A stretch of DNA of 64,000 nt from Syncephalis fuscata S228 (Eukaryota; Fungi; Zoopagomycota). The position numbers and the translations under genes were made by a program. Below are positions 44,951-58,084 of this stretch, one piece after another. Numbering within the stretch: the stretch's first letter is position 1; each line of letters opens with the position of its first letter. The DNA is taken from contig JAHLTZ010000007.1 in NCBI GenBank assembly GCA_025786725.1, forward strand, positions 682,001-746,000, given 5' to 3'. The notes beneath the pieces are model-generated. The model made no database searches. It saw nothing but the letters and a program-made list of their open reading frames with translations, and was not told the DNA's origin.

Positions 44951-45964
44951 GTAATACTACAGCTGGATGTATTGTTTAAATGATCTGTTATTGTCTCAGT
45001 CGATAGGCGTTATTAATGCGCGATAATCACGGTGGTGGTGATGTTTTTATGAAAAGTAAACAAGATCACGTGTTATGTGCCTATTTGTTGTTGTGATCAC
45101 GCCATTCAGTTCATCGGACTATTTACCGGTTTAGCAAGGTGTACACGGACCATTTAATATTCATGTCCGATGCAGGCCTGTTTTGGCTAGTGGGGTCGTA
45201 TTGAGCTGCATGAGTACAGGAAGATGCTACAAGTTGTATATACGAACGCTTTAATAGAAATAAACAATAATACAAACTACCGGTGTGTGAGTGCAAAGTA
45301 ATTGAATGGCTTTATGAGTGGTAATTTACTGTGTAAAAGCCTGCGCAAGATTAATTTGTAATCGCCTATAACGCTTTCCATTCTGTTTGTTTCCACAAGT
45401 TCACTTATCCACTTTACTACACTTCTGCAGTTTTACCCTTTAGTTTAACAAACATTCAAGAATGTAAGCAAGTGTTGCGTCTGCGTCTGCGTTTACGTTG
45501 GCTAGTGGATGGAGTTATGACTGCTGCGCCAAGTTGTTCTGTTGCGTAACACTGCGTTGTGCATGCTTTGTTTACTTGCTTTGTTTAACCGCTTATTGCA
45601 TCCTTGGCACATGTGTAAGATCATCCATCCACTTGAAGTGAATAGATAAGCTGATTATACTGCTTTGTCGCCTGCGTTTCATATACTGTTTACATGATGT
45701 TAATTATATGTTATGTGCGTTTTGCTATAGTTATACTTGTTCATTATGGCAACACCATGCCACACACGCGGCAGCTTAAAAGCTGCTGCTGCTGCTTTAC
45801 CCTTGCGCATTCAGAAACGTACGTTTTCTGAAACTTTTATTGCGTATGATAACAAAGCAACCTTGAAAAAGGTCCGCGCGACCAAATCTGTGTCGCGTCC
45901 GATACGGGATTTGCGCGCCCCGTTCTTCGCTGTATTTACATTCAGCTTTTCCTTTAATTACCAT

Positions 45965-46429
45965 ATGTCTAGCCGAACTGCTTGTGAGGCAGTTCCAATG
46001 GAGGGTGTCGAGGCAACCAATGCCTTCACCTTCCAATCGCACTACTACTCATCCACTGGTACTGCCTGCGAGGCGGTACCAATGGAAGGTGTTGAATATA
46101 CCGGGCCGTGCCAACTCACACCGGTACATACAAGCGGGGATGGAGCGGTTCGTAAAATGGCCGTTCCAAAGTCGCGACGTCATGATGTTGCACGCGATAC
46201 CTGCACGGTGGCACCTGAGAGTGCGAGCGATGACAAAAAGGAATCGGTAAATACAAGCGAAGAGGAGCCGATTCAAGAAAAGTTGACCGAAGAAGTGGTT
46301 ACTTCAACACACCAAGTTATTAACTTGGAATTCGATGAAGAAGACTTTGAAGAAGAAGAGTTTAATGAAGAAGAGTTTGACAAATACTACGACGAGTATT
46401 TCGAAAAAGAATACTACAATTATTTCTAA
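45965..46429 (+). CDS. Hypothetical 154-aa protein with duplicated TACEAVPMEGVE motif and acidic/aromatic tail
   Basis: ATG 45965; the two repeat copies differ at synonymous positions (tgt/tgc, gca/gcg, gtt/gta, gag/gaa), indicating protein-level constraint. Confidence 0.7.
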   Translation: MSSRTACEAVPMEGVEATNAFTFQSHYYSSTGTACEAVPMEGVEYTGPCQLTPVHTSGDGAVRKMAVPKSRRHDVARDTCTVAPESASDDKKESVNTSEEEPIQEKLTEEVVTSTHQVINLEFDEEDFEEEEFNEEEFDKYYDEYFEKEYYNYF

Positions 46430-47463
46430 ACAAGGTAAGTAAATGTATAAATTAAATGGGCAATACTAATACTAATTTAGATATTTTTATCACGGGCGGG
46501 ACCAGCAGATAAGCAACGCTGTACACCGGGCTTTGTCGCTCCAATACGGAGCTTGACAAGGACTGGGAACGGCAGTTGCTTATTTTTTGTAATGGGCTAG
46601 CCCACAGTTTTCTCATTTCAAGTTGTTTTATTTTGTTCTCTGTATTTTGTACCAATAAATCAGTTTATAATCACTAACGATTGCAGCAATCCAATACAAA
46701 TACCAATCGTTAGACAGTCATTATTAGACAACAAAACACAGCAGTGCTATTTCTGGACTATTAAGCAATCCAAGTCAATAAGTCGTTTATTGTAAGTAAT
46801 GTACATATGAATATTAAATATCTACATACATCTAACTAATAATGTTTATTACACTCGCAACAACTAGGAACTGTCAAATTAACCTGTGCAAATATATAGC
46901 TACTTGCTTAATATAAGGCAATAACACATGATAAGCACACCCAGATTATCTACGCAAATGATATGATATAGTATATAGTAGTGGCGGGTTTATGATACTT
47001 TATTCTGACTAATTATATTTATTAAATATATTAGTAACACTAACATTTAGTTTAAAATGTAGCCTATACCTTTGTACTAGCAATGTTTATGCTATTAATA
47101 TTATGAATAGTGTGTTGGAATATTATTGCTTGATTAGCGTATAGATGGACAATACAGTGCAATAACATATGCTAGATCAATAATTGACTGTTACTGGTCA
47201 TTATCATAAAACAAATATTGGCAAGTATTTAATGTATTATTTATTTTAAAATGATTATAAATTATTTATAATCACTTGAACGTAAAAACAAAATATAGAC
47301 AAACCAACAATGGAATGGTTAATAGAATCAAACATGATGTAATGTAATGGTCTACTTTTTACAGAGCAATGGCAATCAACTAATAGCCATACTGTGATTT
47401 CATCAATATATTTTAGCACCCACTTTGATTTTATTCAGGTTATTTTTACCAGCCTCGACTACA

Positions 47464-49380
47464 ATGACCAGTTCCGCCGAAACAGAAGTCAATGCTGTAA
47501 GACGCGTTGTACTTGATCGGTTGACAGAACGATCGTTGCCGAACCAGCTGGTTGGCTTAGAACCGGAGGAAAAGTAAGGCAGTGAGATCTTGTCAATTTG
47601 CTTATTGATTCAACTAGTCGTATATTTGCTTTATTTGAACGGACAGTATTACGCGGTGAAAGTAATTCTGCGCTATTGGTGGGACCACGTAGCTGCGGTA
47701 AAACGGCGGTACGTGTAAATGGTTTGTCTATTACTGTATATTAATGTTATTCATTAGTTGATTGGACGTGTACTGCGACGACTAGAAGAGCGTTGTAGCG
47801 AACTACCTATATCGTCACAACAACAGCAGCAGCAGCCAGAAACACCTTCACGTTCGCGTGTTTTGCCTTCAATCATTTCAACACCGTCACGGCAATCAAA
47901 GCGAAGAAAAACGCGACAATCAGTAGATGAATTGGACGACGATGATTCAGCTACTGACATATCGTTACTAACATCTGCCGAAGTACATACTAAGCGCGAC
48001 AATGCCTCTGGCGCATTTTTAGTTGTGAAGTTAAACGGCATGATATTCACCGACGATAAAGGTGCGCTACGGGATATTGCTCGACAACTTGACGTAACAC
48101 CTGATGGCCGTGGATTCGTAGGTGGCAAAATTATGATAAAAGAACATTTAGGCTTATGGTTGCGTAAACTGCGTTTATTATCTTGTTAGTCTTCATTTGC
48201 CGAATGTTTACAACATTTATTGAAGTTGTTTGCAGCTGGCCAAACTGATCAAACACGCCCTATAATCTTTATTCTTGATGAGTTTGATGCGTTTGCACAG
48301 CGGCCTAAGCAGACTCTACTCTACAATTTATTTGATTTAGCCCAGAGTGGTCGTGCTCCCGTGGCCGTCATAGGTCTTACCTGTCGAATGGCAAGTCTAC
48401 TATATTTAGCGTATCTAACATTTGGATATTAACTCGTCGAATCAGGATGTTGTTGACACACTGGAGAAACGCGTAAAGTCACGCTTTTCGCATCGAATTA
48501 TTCATCTTAAACCGCCATCTACATTAGAGGACTATGTTGAGATCGTAGAAAATGCACTATCAATAACATCCAGTGAAGTACAAAGTGTCAAGTCCAAATA
48601 CCTTGTCGCCTTTAATACCAGTGTCAAGGTAAGCTATAGTTGTATATTTGTAAAAAAGCCACTAAAATTACTTCAAGACATTATTGAAAAGCCCTGTATT
48701 TATTGAAATGGCAAAGCAATCTTTTGAATTGATCAAAGATATTCGTAGTATTTTTCGTATATGTGTAAGTGATTTGTAGTAAAAATAATGTGATGTATTA
48801 AATTAACAATAGATTATTTAGATTCAATTAATGGCGAAGCTTTCTTCCACACAGCCTTTGCTATCAAGTGAAATTCTAGAACAGATTATGGAACCAAAAC
48901 AAAAGGATATAAAGATGCAACTATTACAAGGTAAATGCGGCTATAGCGTTGATTCTATTTATTTACATATCTATAGGTGTATCTGTGCTTGATCTTTGTT
49001 TGATGGTTGCGGCCAAGCGATTACTCGACACATCTCATGTACAAATTAACTTTGCCATGATATTTGACGAGTATCTCCAATTGTTTGCATCAACGGCTAC
49101 CGGTGGCATGAAACATTATAAACGAGAAGTGGCACTCAAGGTAGAGAATGAAATATACTTTGGTAAATGGTGTGTTAATAATAGTATCATACGGTAGGCA
49201 TTTGAGCGTTTAATGGACTTGGAGCTTATACTGCCGACTGAGCATCAAAAGTCACTGCCTAAAGAGTATCGAATGACCAAACTAGCTTTACATCCATACC
49301 AGGTTGTAGAGGCGGTAAAGCAATACAGAAATTGCCCCGATCATTTAAAACGATGGGTATCATTATCGGCTGTTGCCTAA
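47464..49380 (+). CDS. ORC4: Origin recognition complex subunit 4, multi-exon, with one GC-AG intron
   Basis: RGESNSALLVGPRSCGKT (Walker A); IFILDEFDAFA...QTLLYNLFD; GLTCRMDVVDTLEKRVKSRFSHR; C-terminal winged-helix GVSVLDLCLMVA...AFERLMDLEL. Confidence 0.95.
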
Positions 49381-49477
49381 TTGATATCCATTGCTAAAAA
49401 AACACAACTATTTAATAAATCAACAATAATAACAATAATACTATTAGATAATTGAAAAGTATAACAATGCCAGTTTA

Positions 49478-50577
49478 TTAATGAGCAGAGCGTCGATGGG
49501 CTTTTGTGGCTGCTGCCTGGTCAGTTGCCAATACTACCAGATCAGCAATCTGAACGTGTGCTGGACGAGTAGCAATAAACACGGCGATTTCCGCTAAATG
49601 ATTAAAATAAAGTATTATTAGTTTTAATGGTATAGAAATAATCTAACTTACCAATATCCTGTGCTGACAACGGAGTCTAGTATAGTATATTAAATAATAA
49701 TAATAATAATTAGTTAATATCTAATTGACAATGTAATATTAAATCCTTACTAAACCTTCATAGACTTTATCAGCACGTGCTTTGTCGCCATCGAAACGAA
49801 CGGTTGAAAATTCTGTATTGACGAGGCCTGTACTTGGATGGTTAGTCGAGTAGGCTAACGATGACTGTATCCAATTAATAACTCACCAGGCTTGATTTCA
49901 CTGACTCGAATAGGCGTATCCATCACCTCATGGCGTAGTACTTGCGTAATTGCGTTGAGTGCGTGTTTAGTCGCGCAGTAGACACTGCCGCCAGAATAGG
50001 CCTCATACCGGCTATTGACCAACATTGATGATGTGACCTTCTTGACGTTCTCGCATTCTTGGCAAAAAAGCGCGAACAAGATTAAGTGGTCCTTTGATAT
50101 TCGTATCAATCATAGTATCGGTTGCCTCTGGGCTGACCATCTCTGTACGGTCCAGTCCAAGCACCATGCCTAGATGGCCACGAACAACACTGGTTAGCGC
50201 GGTGCACGGTTAGCTAGGGGGAGGGGCTAGCCTGGACATACCGGCGTTGTTGATCAATACACTGATGTTACGCACCGACTCGGGTAGAGTATCGGCGCAA
50301 GCTTGTACTTCATCGTGGTCGCGAACATCAAGCTGAACAGAGTGGATAGTAAGGTTGGGATATTGAGCGTGGAGTTCGCTTTGCAGCTTGGTGAGGCGGT
50401 CTATACGTCGTGCCGTCAGCACTAGATTAGCACCTGTCTTGGCAAATTCTCGTGCACACGCCTCTCCAATACCGGCCGAAGCACCTGTACTGAGCGACTG
50501 CAGAGTAAGTCGACTGGATTGATTAGAGTCGGTTGTTTTACTTACATGAATACACATTTTCCAGTAAGTGATGTCAT
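49478..50577 (-). CDS. Short-chain dehydrogenase/reductase, YdfG/YMR226C-like NADP-dependent 3-hydroxy acid dehydrogenase; two frame breaks at ~50008-50020
   Basis: VFITGASAGIGEACA; LTARR; LINNAG; YCATKHA (YxxxK); EIKPGLVNTEFSTVRFDGDKARADKVYEG; ATRPAHVQIADLVV. Confidence 0.9.
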
Positions 50578-51274
50578 GGCAGTGGTGCGATTAGAAAGCT
50601 GAATCGAAGAAGAAGAAAACGCTCTTATGCTAGAGTGCACCAATAAATTGCTTTTGTGATAGGTGGTGCTTGCGCTGTTATGGGCACTGTTACAAATAGG
50701 TTGGCAATGAAAAGTGACGTAGATACCGGCGCACCTCTGTTGCGATGAGCTGCTGCTAAGCATGCTATATTGGGCACAACGTTTTTTGTATAAAATTACG
50801 TGTGTGGATACTACGCGTATTTGAGCCTATTACTCGCAACATACTGTGTCGTTGGGTTTAAATAGAGATAAGCAATAAAGCACTGCACATAGAAACGAAG
50901 ATAAAAAAGTAGTATTAATTAACATTGAGAGCTACTGTACTTTGACTCCCACATTTTTTATTTACTCATTTCACCCCTTCACTTTTAAAACAACTAACAT
51001 TATTCATCATTATTCCATGTATAATATTACATCCAACATTAATTAATTCATGTGTAATTATCAATACAATAATGTAATCAATTAGTTATCTTTATTATTG
51101 CTCTAACATACATATATAGCCATTTATTTAGTCAGATTGGCTATAGGGAAAGTGGCTGTTTAATAAACAACTTTTATAATAACTATATTAATCTTGATCT
51201 TACATCAAATATGCCAAAATCAATATATAATATTAGAAATAAAGAGACCATTCAGATGCAACAAACAACAACTG

Positions 51275-51392
51275 CGGAATGACATGGAATCGCAATCAAT
51301 GGCTTCTATTAATATTCGACCAATCTTTCTACACATAACCAACAACAATAGTCGGCCTCGTGAATTTCAAAGCAATTAAATGAACATATAAC
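51275..51392 (+). repeat. Dispersed repeat/gene relic family C, copy 2
   Basis: gacatggaatcgcaatcaatggcttctattaatattcgaccaatctttctacacat matches the reverse complement of 40641-40697. Confidence 0.8.
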
Positions 51393-54300
51393 TATATTTG
51401 TTGTGCAATAACAGCATGACTTCGATTGGAACAAATTTTGCTTTGAAGATTCTAAATGTAAGAGTCAAAGTAAAGCTCAATCGTAGTAAATAAACTGTTT
51501 ACATGTTAGAGCGTGCTGTCATTTCTACTACATGTGCTATATGGTATATATGTATAGTTGAAACATTGTCGTATGTGCATGCAAAACCATCATGATCTGT
51601 TAACATCTTTTTTGATATCAGATAGTAGAAAGCGCCATTACCATATTTGATAACTATAATTATTTAATTCCCACACCAAGAGTAGTAGATGAAAAAACTG
51701 AGTTGCAATTGCGCGTATTTTACCATGTTCAAAGCGCTGCTTTCATTTCGAAAAAATGGTATATAGCTAATTAGTTTTTATTCTCAATAAAAAGTATCAT
51801 AAACAATCTAACTCATATTTTTACGTGTTTATATACAATGATAGTTGTTAATCTAGCTCTATAGTAGCACTATTCATTACATTAGGTTTATAAAAATATT
51901 TTAAGCATCTTTTCTTCCCTCCAATGTAATGATAACACTTGCTTTTGTTGGATCACGTTAAACTTTGTAAACACTAAAAAGAATAAGGGGGTAGCTGTAT
52001 TACGGAGATACAGATAATGATCCCGAGTGACTGTTAATTAATAAATTGCGTGAATAATTGATGCTCGGCATATTGGTTTCGGAATAAAACAGTCAAAAGG
52101 CGTTGCATGTTTAATTGGTTTGAATCGATTGAATCGCATGTCCATTGTTGCCAAAAATAGACAAACAGAAATGGCAAGCTTAATTGTACAAAATCAACGC
52201 CATAATAATTTCGTTTATCAATTGTAGTTTCAATTAATTACGCAAGAATTTAGCAGCTAGTTGGCTAAATAATAGACTAAACCAATACCGCACACTTAAC
52301 TTAGCGTAACAATAGCAAATTTTATCAAATGTTGTGACAACTAGATTAGTAATTCAATAGATAAATTCTCATTTATTTTTTCTTTTTTTGTTTTAAAACT
52401 AGTATAGGTTGCCTTTGAGGCTCCGCTGATTAGCACATGCCAAGAAAACAACCCGATGTCGTCATATTCATTACTTTTTAACTGAGGCGACAATCTATGT
52501 TCGATCAACATAAGGTGACAAAAACAGATTGGGCTTTGCGCATTTTCAAACATGGATATTAAGAAAAAATCAGATTCAAAAAAATACATAAAAATTTACA
52601 TTGATGAAATAAACGCGTATTTGAACGCAGACAAAAAACAGATCGTCATGAAACAAAAGAACTAAACACAAACATAGCGAGCAAAAAGCAGCAATAAAAT
52701 TGGATGCTGAACCATATAAACTTGGGATTACAGTAGGATGGTGGCGATAGCGGCCGACCGGCAAATAATTTAGGCCAAACGCAGATCATTGTGGTTTATC
52801 TAAGCGCTGGTGATGTCTATATTACTGAACTAATAATAATGATAATAGTATTGGAAACATTTTCTTCTTGCTGTTAATAAATATAATTATAGCTATATAT
52901 ATATCTGTGGCAATAGAGATGGCTTTTTAAATGATGTTGGCGAGACCTAATTGAGTAGACGGACGGTTGTATTGCGGCGAGCAACTTGTCTTCTTGGATG
53001 GAAGAAAGCAAGTGTATGAACCATCGCCAGCGATGCAAATCGTGGTGGGCGAAGCAGAGAGCTAGAAACACGACATGTATTCTTTAGCTTCTGCTCGTGT
53101 TCTTGTTGGTGCTGGTGCTGCTGTTCAGCAACCAGCACCTCTTCAGTTTCCTGTGTGAAATCCAGTTTGACTAACTGCAAAAAACTGACAGTGAAAAATA
53201 TAATAGTGTGTCAGATAGCAAAAGCAAAAGACAATAATAGCGGTGGTGCGTTTAAAAAACCGAAAGAATAAAACGGCAAGATACCTCTTGGGTGAGTGAG
53301 CGTGTTCAAAAATCCGCTTGTTCTACAGCGAAGTCAGTAGTGTGTCTGACGAGAAAAAGGACAACTGTTAGATAAAGTGTTTTCGGCTTTGTGGGTCGAA
53401 GACGCGGGTTTTTGTATGCGGCCGGCTATCCACGTACAGATATACAAGGTAGGAGTGTGGAAGGCCTCGTGCACGCGTGCTCCCCTTGAGGAATGCCGTG
53501 CAATTGTGAGACAATAAAAAAATCAAATGAGGCAATCTGACAAAATGTGGCTGTGCACACGTATGTACACGCTAGCAGCGGTTGGTAGCGAAACGAATAA
53601 AGTGAAGGTACAGTGGGTTATGAGCCAGAGTGACTAAAGGTACAAAGAGGTGACGCGGATCGAGAGAATATGATGCAGGGCGGCCGTGTATTTGTAGTCG
53701 TGTATCATATGCTACTTTATTTGAGGGAAAAGTCGGAACTAAAGTTAGCGGGGCGGAGTGCTGATGACCGGCATCAATGCTTCACTATCAGATATCATCA
53801 TCATCATCATTATGATGTTAGCGATAACAAATGGGGATGGGTAAGATGCCTGAATTAAGGATGTATAAAGAGAGAGGCATGGTTTGCAGAAAGCGGGTAT
53901 CATGATCGACTCGTGGTTGCGTTGCATGGACAATGCTCACTAAAATGTGACCAAGATAATCTAACGCTGCTTCTCGTCGTACAGCCCAACCCAATGCATC
54001 TTAACGGCCGATAACGGAGTTCGTTTCTCCATCTCTAACTTTGGTAATGGGTGTGTCAGAATGACGATAGGTGATGGTTTTAGAACAATTGCTTTAATCG
54101 TCAGAATTACCACAAGACGAGGTAGTACTATCTTTCTGTGTTTCAACGCTTTCATATCACCATTATTATTCATTTGGCCCACCTTGGAATGGGTCAGAGA
54201 GAGTTGGTGACAAGCAGTGTGAGGGGAAAAGGAGATAGCCGACGCAGCTCGGATTCTTGCCACCGATGATGCAAAACCGGCATTGTTAGTGCACACATGA

Positions 54301-55393
54301 AATGCACACATGTCGATTTTGTTTTTTAACCATTTTAATAGGTCTACATTGGCGCACCCACGCGCAGGCGTCGATTCGGCAAAAGTGGCCATTGGCTATT
54401 CGTTAGTAATTCATGCGTTGCCGACGCGTCTTGCCAGCACGGCTTGGCAATTGTAACGCAAACAAAGGCTGATACATCAACGGTAAAAACTCTACCTCGA
54501 ATCTGTGATAGTGTCTAATTATAAATTTTATTTTTGGCAATGACTGATTGTTGCAAAAACAGGCAATTGCCTGAAAAGTGCTCCTGATTAGTATCCTGCC
54601 ACTATAATAAATTTACACGTGGCCGCAGCCGTGTCACACTAATGTGTCTGCACGTGTCTGCAAATGTCTAGCGTAGCGTGCAGTATGATGAATGATGCTG
54701 GCGCGCAGCCATATATTGAGTGCACACATGCACATATCGAGCGTGTACTAGCACAATATGGTCCAGCAATGGCGAGGATGGAAAGCGCTGCTGCCAATGT
54801 TTCAATCTGATGACGCAAGCAGCATTGTTAGCGTCTCAGCAACAATACTTTTACTCACAGAATGGCGGGTAGCTGGAAGCAGTGTCTTTGTTGATACCAA
54901 TGGCTGTTTTCAAAATAGCTTGGGGGTACAGCTGACTATACAGGTACATACACTGTTTGGATGTGTAATTTACAAAAGGTTTCAAAGCTGCAGTAATAAC
55001 TAGTATTTGTCGCAAAATCTGCCAATTGAAGATATCAACTTACTACAATGCACAGTATAGCTCCTTATTCGTATGGCGAAGGTTCCCTTTTTAAATAAAC
55101 ACCTCCGCTTTAGCTATATATTGTCTTTATATAATTCATAAATGCATAAACCATTTTACAGTCTATAGCGTTTTTAGAACCGATTTTATTACTCTTAGCT
55201 TACATCCGCCCATCTATTACTATTCCCAATAGCATTTTTTTGAACACTAAACGCTTGGCATACATACACACATATACACGCAGGTGCCTGCAGGCAGACA
55301 CAAGATAATTTTGATACATTTGTAGAACTAAAAAACAATATCAGCTGACTAAACTGCCGTGTGACCTAACCGTGCTTATTACTGCTGGGAATC

Positions 55394-56941
55394 ATGGTAT
55401 CTAGCAATGCAGAAATAAACACCTGGCCTGAAGCTGGTCTTGGCATCATCAATAGCTTACTTTTGGGACTTGCATTTATCAATTACATTGTTTATCGCAA
55501 GCGAGCTGGCCTGTTGTTTATACTTTTGTGTACCAGTACGTTTTATCTTGCATATTTTCAAAACATCGTTGCTAATTCTACCTCTCCAGTCAATGTTTTA
55601 GCTACATGCCTGCGTGTTTTACCAAGTAAAAAAGACAATTTTACACAGCTGGCCATTGCCGATTTTGTTTTTGATCTTGTTGAGCCATTGTTTTTGATAC
55701 TCATTGGATGGCTGCTTTCGTCTTGGTAAGTTAATCAGTAGTTTTGTGGATGACAAAAAATATTCACATTCCAATGGCGGTAATTTGCCATAACAACAAC
55801 ACTAGGTGCAATGCCACTGCCACACTTATTCCCAAAGGATTGCCTACCAAAATACACAGACTGTTTGTAATTTTATGGGTCACATTGTCTATCGGTACTA
55901 TTCTTTGTTTAGTGGGTCATGCGCAGTTTTATCTTTTATGGGATAATGTATCGACAGAAAAAAACGGACATAGCCACGCGTCAATTTCTTCCAACGGCCA
56001 GATGATTGCAACGCTTTTAATTCTGGCCTAATAATAGTATTAGTATGGGTAGTCGTATTAATTGGTATAATTGGGGTTTTGTATTGGTACTGTAATCATG
56101 CTAAGAATCTCTGCGATCCAGCAAACCTTGTTAAGAAACAATGGGTAAGACACACCAGTAGATGATATTTGCTTGATACTTACACCGGCGTTGCATAGCA
56201 ATTATGTATACTTTTAATGTCCACAGTGTGCTGCTTCGTTACCTTATGGTTCCGTATAGTTGTAGTAGCATCAGTTCTATCGCATCTACAAGACAAGCAT
56301 AAGCATATTGATGTCATGCCACTCATTGCCTCTATGATCACACTGACCGAAGGACAGCACACCTATCTATTTTGGATCAGCTACAGTGCTCGTGTCAGTT
56401 TAGCGGCGGGTCTGGCAGTGCCGTTAATAGCATTTTCTATGTTGCTCGTATCGACAATCCGATTGCGTCGCAGTTTTTCTGTAACAATAGCAACAACACA
56501 AGGACAACTTCAAACAACTCTAATGCAAGAAATCAAATTGCTGTTAATAGAAAGAAATTCAAAATGAACTTTATGCAAAATGAAGTATCTACATCTGATA
56601 TTAGTGATACTAGATATTTAGCCAAAGAAAATCGGACCGAGCCACTTAATACGATGTTGGACATAATCGTCGAACGCAATAAAGACGGAGAGACGAAGAG
56701 CAAAGAAGCTGACGTAAAAGACAATCAGTCAGAAACGAATGCTGAATTATCGGCTGTTATTATAGTGCAGCCAAACGATACAGGTCGTCGTACTAGCAAT
56801 GAAGACGTAGTATCCGATGATGACGACGACGACGATTGCTACAAGCTATCATCTAGTTTCTCGCAAGGTTTAATGGAAGGTCGGAGTCGAAAAACAATGA
56901 TGCAATTAGTCAAGCACTCTAATGCAAATAACTCATTTTAA
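55394..56941 (+). CDS. Hypothetical multi-pass (about 7 TM) membrane protein with long hydrophilic C-tail; 2 introns, two frame breaks (~56021, ~56475)
   Basis: Successive hydrophobic segments joined by GT-AG introns (~55726-55805, ~56145-56198); acidic/polar tail ending at 56941. Confidence 0.6.
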
Positions 56942-58084
56942 AATGTTGTTATTAACAACAAATACTAATTATACTAAGTGCTTTTTACTAAAACTATTGC
57001 TAATGTTTTAATATATCCACATAATATATATGATTAGCGATTTACGTTGTTAAAATACAGCACCACAAAACCTTTTTTAACCATTTATATACCATTTTAA
57101 GCACATTTGCAAATACATGAAAAAACTCGGGTTTTCATTTCATTTAATGCTAATTCTTTAAGCAAACTATTATTTCGCTAACAAAATAAAAATACATTTA
57201 ATTTCATTTAATTTTGCTGTTTTATTTTGTATTTATAATAGATTCCAATAATATTACAAAAATATAGCAACAAACGTAATTGTATACAAATATGTAAAAA
57301 TATAAAATACATAGTTTTGCATGTTTTTTATTGATAGTAGAAACTAATCAGTTATATAATAGCTTTTTGTGCAAGTGAAGAATAAGGGGCATTGAATGTG
57401 GTAAAATGTGTATAGTACAGCATTTAGCGCGGGAATTAAATAATTTAGAATTGTCAAGGATGGTAATAACGCAAAAGCAACATTGACGTGTGGTTGTAAG
57501 AGTAGTTTTATACAACAAATGTGCTAGACATACTACAATGCATTTGTTTTATTCAAGTAATTTAATCTATTTTTTCTATAAATATTTGAAATTTAATTTA
57601 ACTATTGAGTGTTCAGTTTGTATATTCGATGTTCAAATGACTAATGCTTGTTATAATACCAATAATGATATGCCAAAATCAGGCATTTAGCTATTATTTA
57701 ACAACTGCTTTTCTCTTTAGGGTATGATACTTTTGATATTAATCCAACACAGCTTAAAACAAACAGAGCATTACAGAACATTTTTAAAATTATTGCACAG
57801 TAAATTAAATTTAAAATGAAGCATTGTTTACAACTACCAATTCATCAAAAAGCTATACATAATTGGCAGCAGTTATAGAAACAAGGTGCATCAAAAACAA
57901 AAAGACGCAAAAACACGTTGCTAATCAACTATGCTAAGCGTTACAAAGCCAACTTGGCGTAAAAAGTGGTCAAATGGTGAAGCAAAAGAATACGCGCAAA
58001 AAGGATCTATTGATCTGATGTACGTGTATCTTATGCCACCTATGTCTATAATAGTATGGTTGCTGAAAGCAAATATAACTTTCG

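Noticed and set aside
53961-55003. 143-aa (-) and 81-aa (+) ORFs
   Set aside because: No recognisable domain or supporting gene structure; probably intergenic or regulatory sequence.
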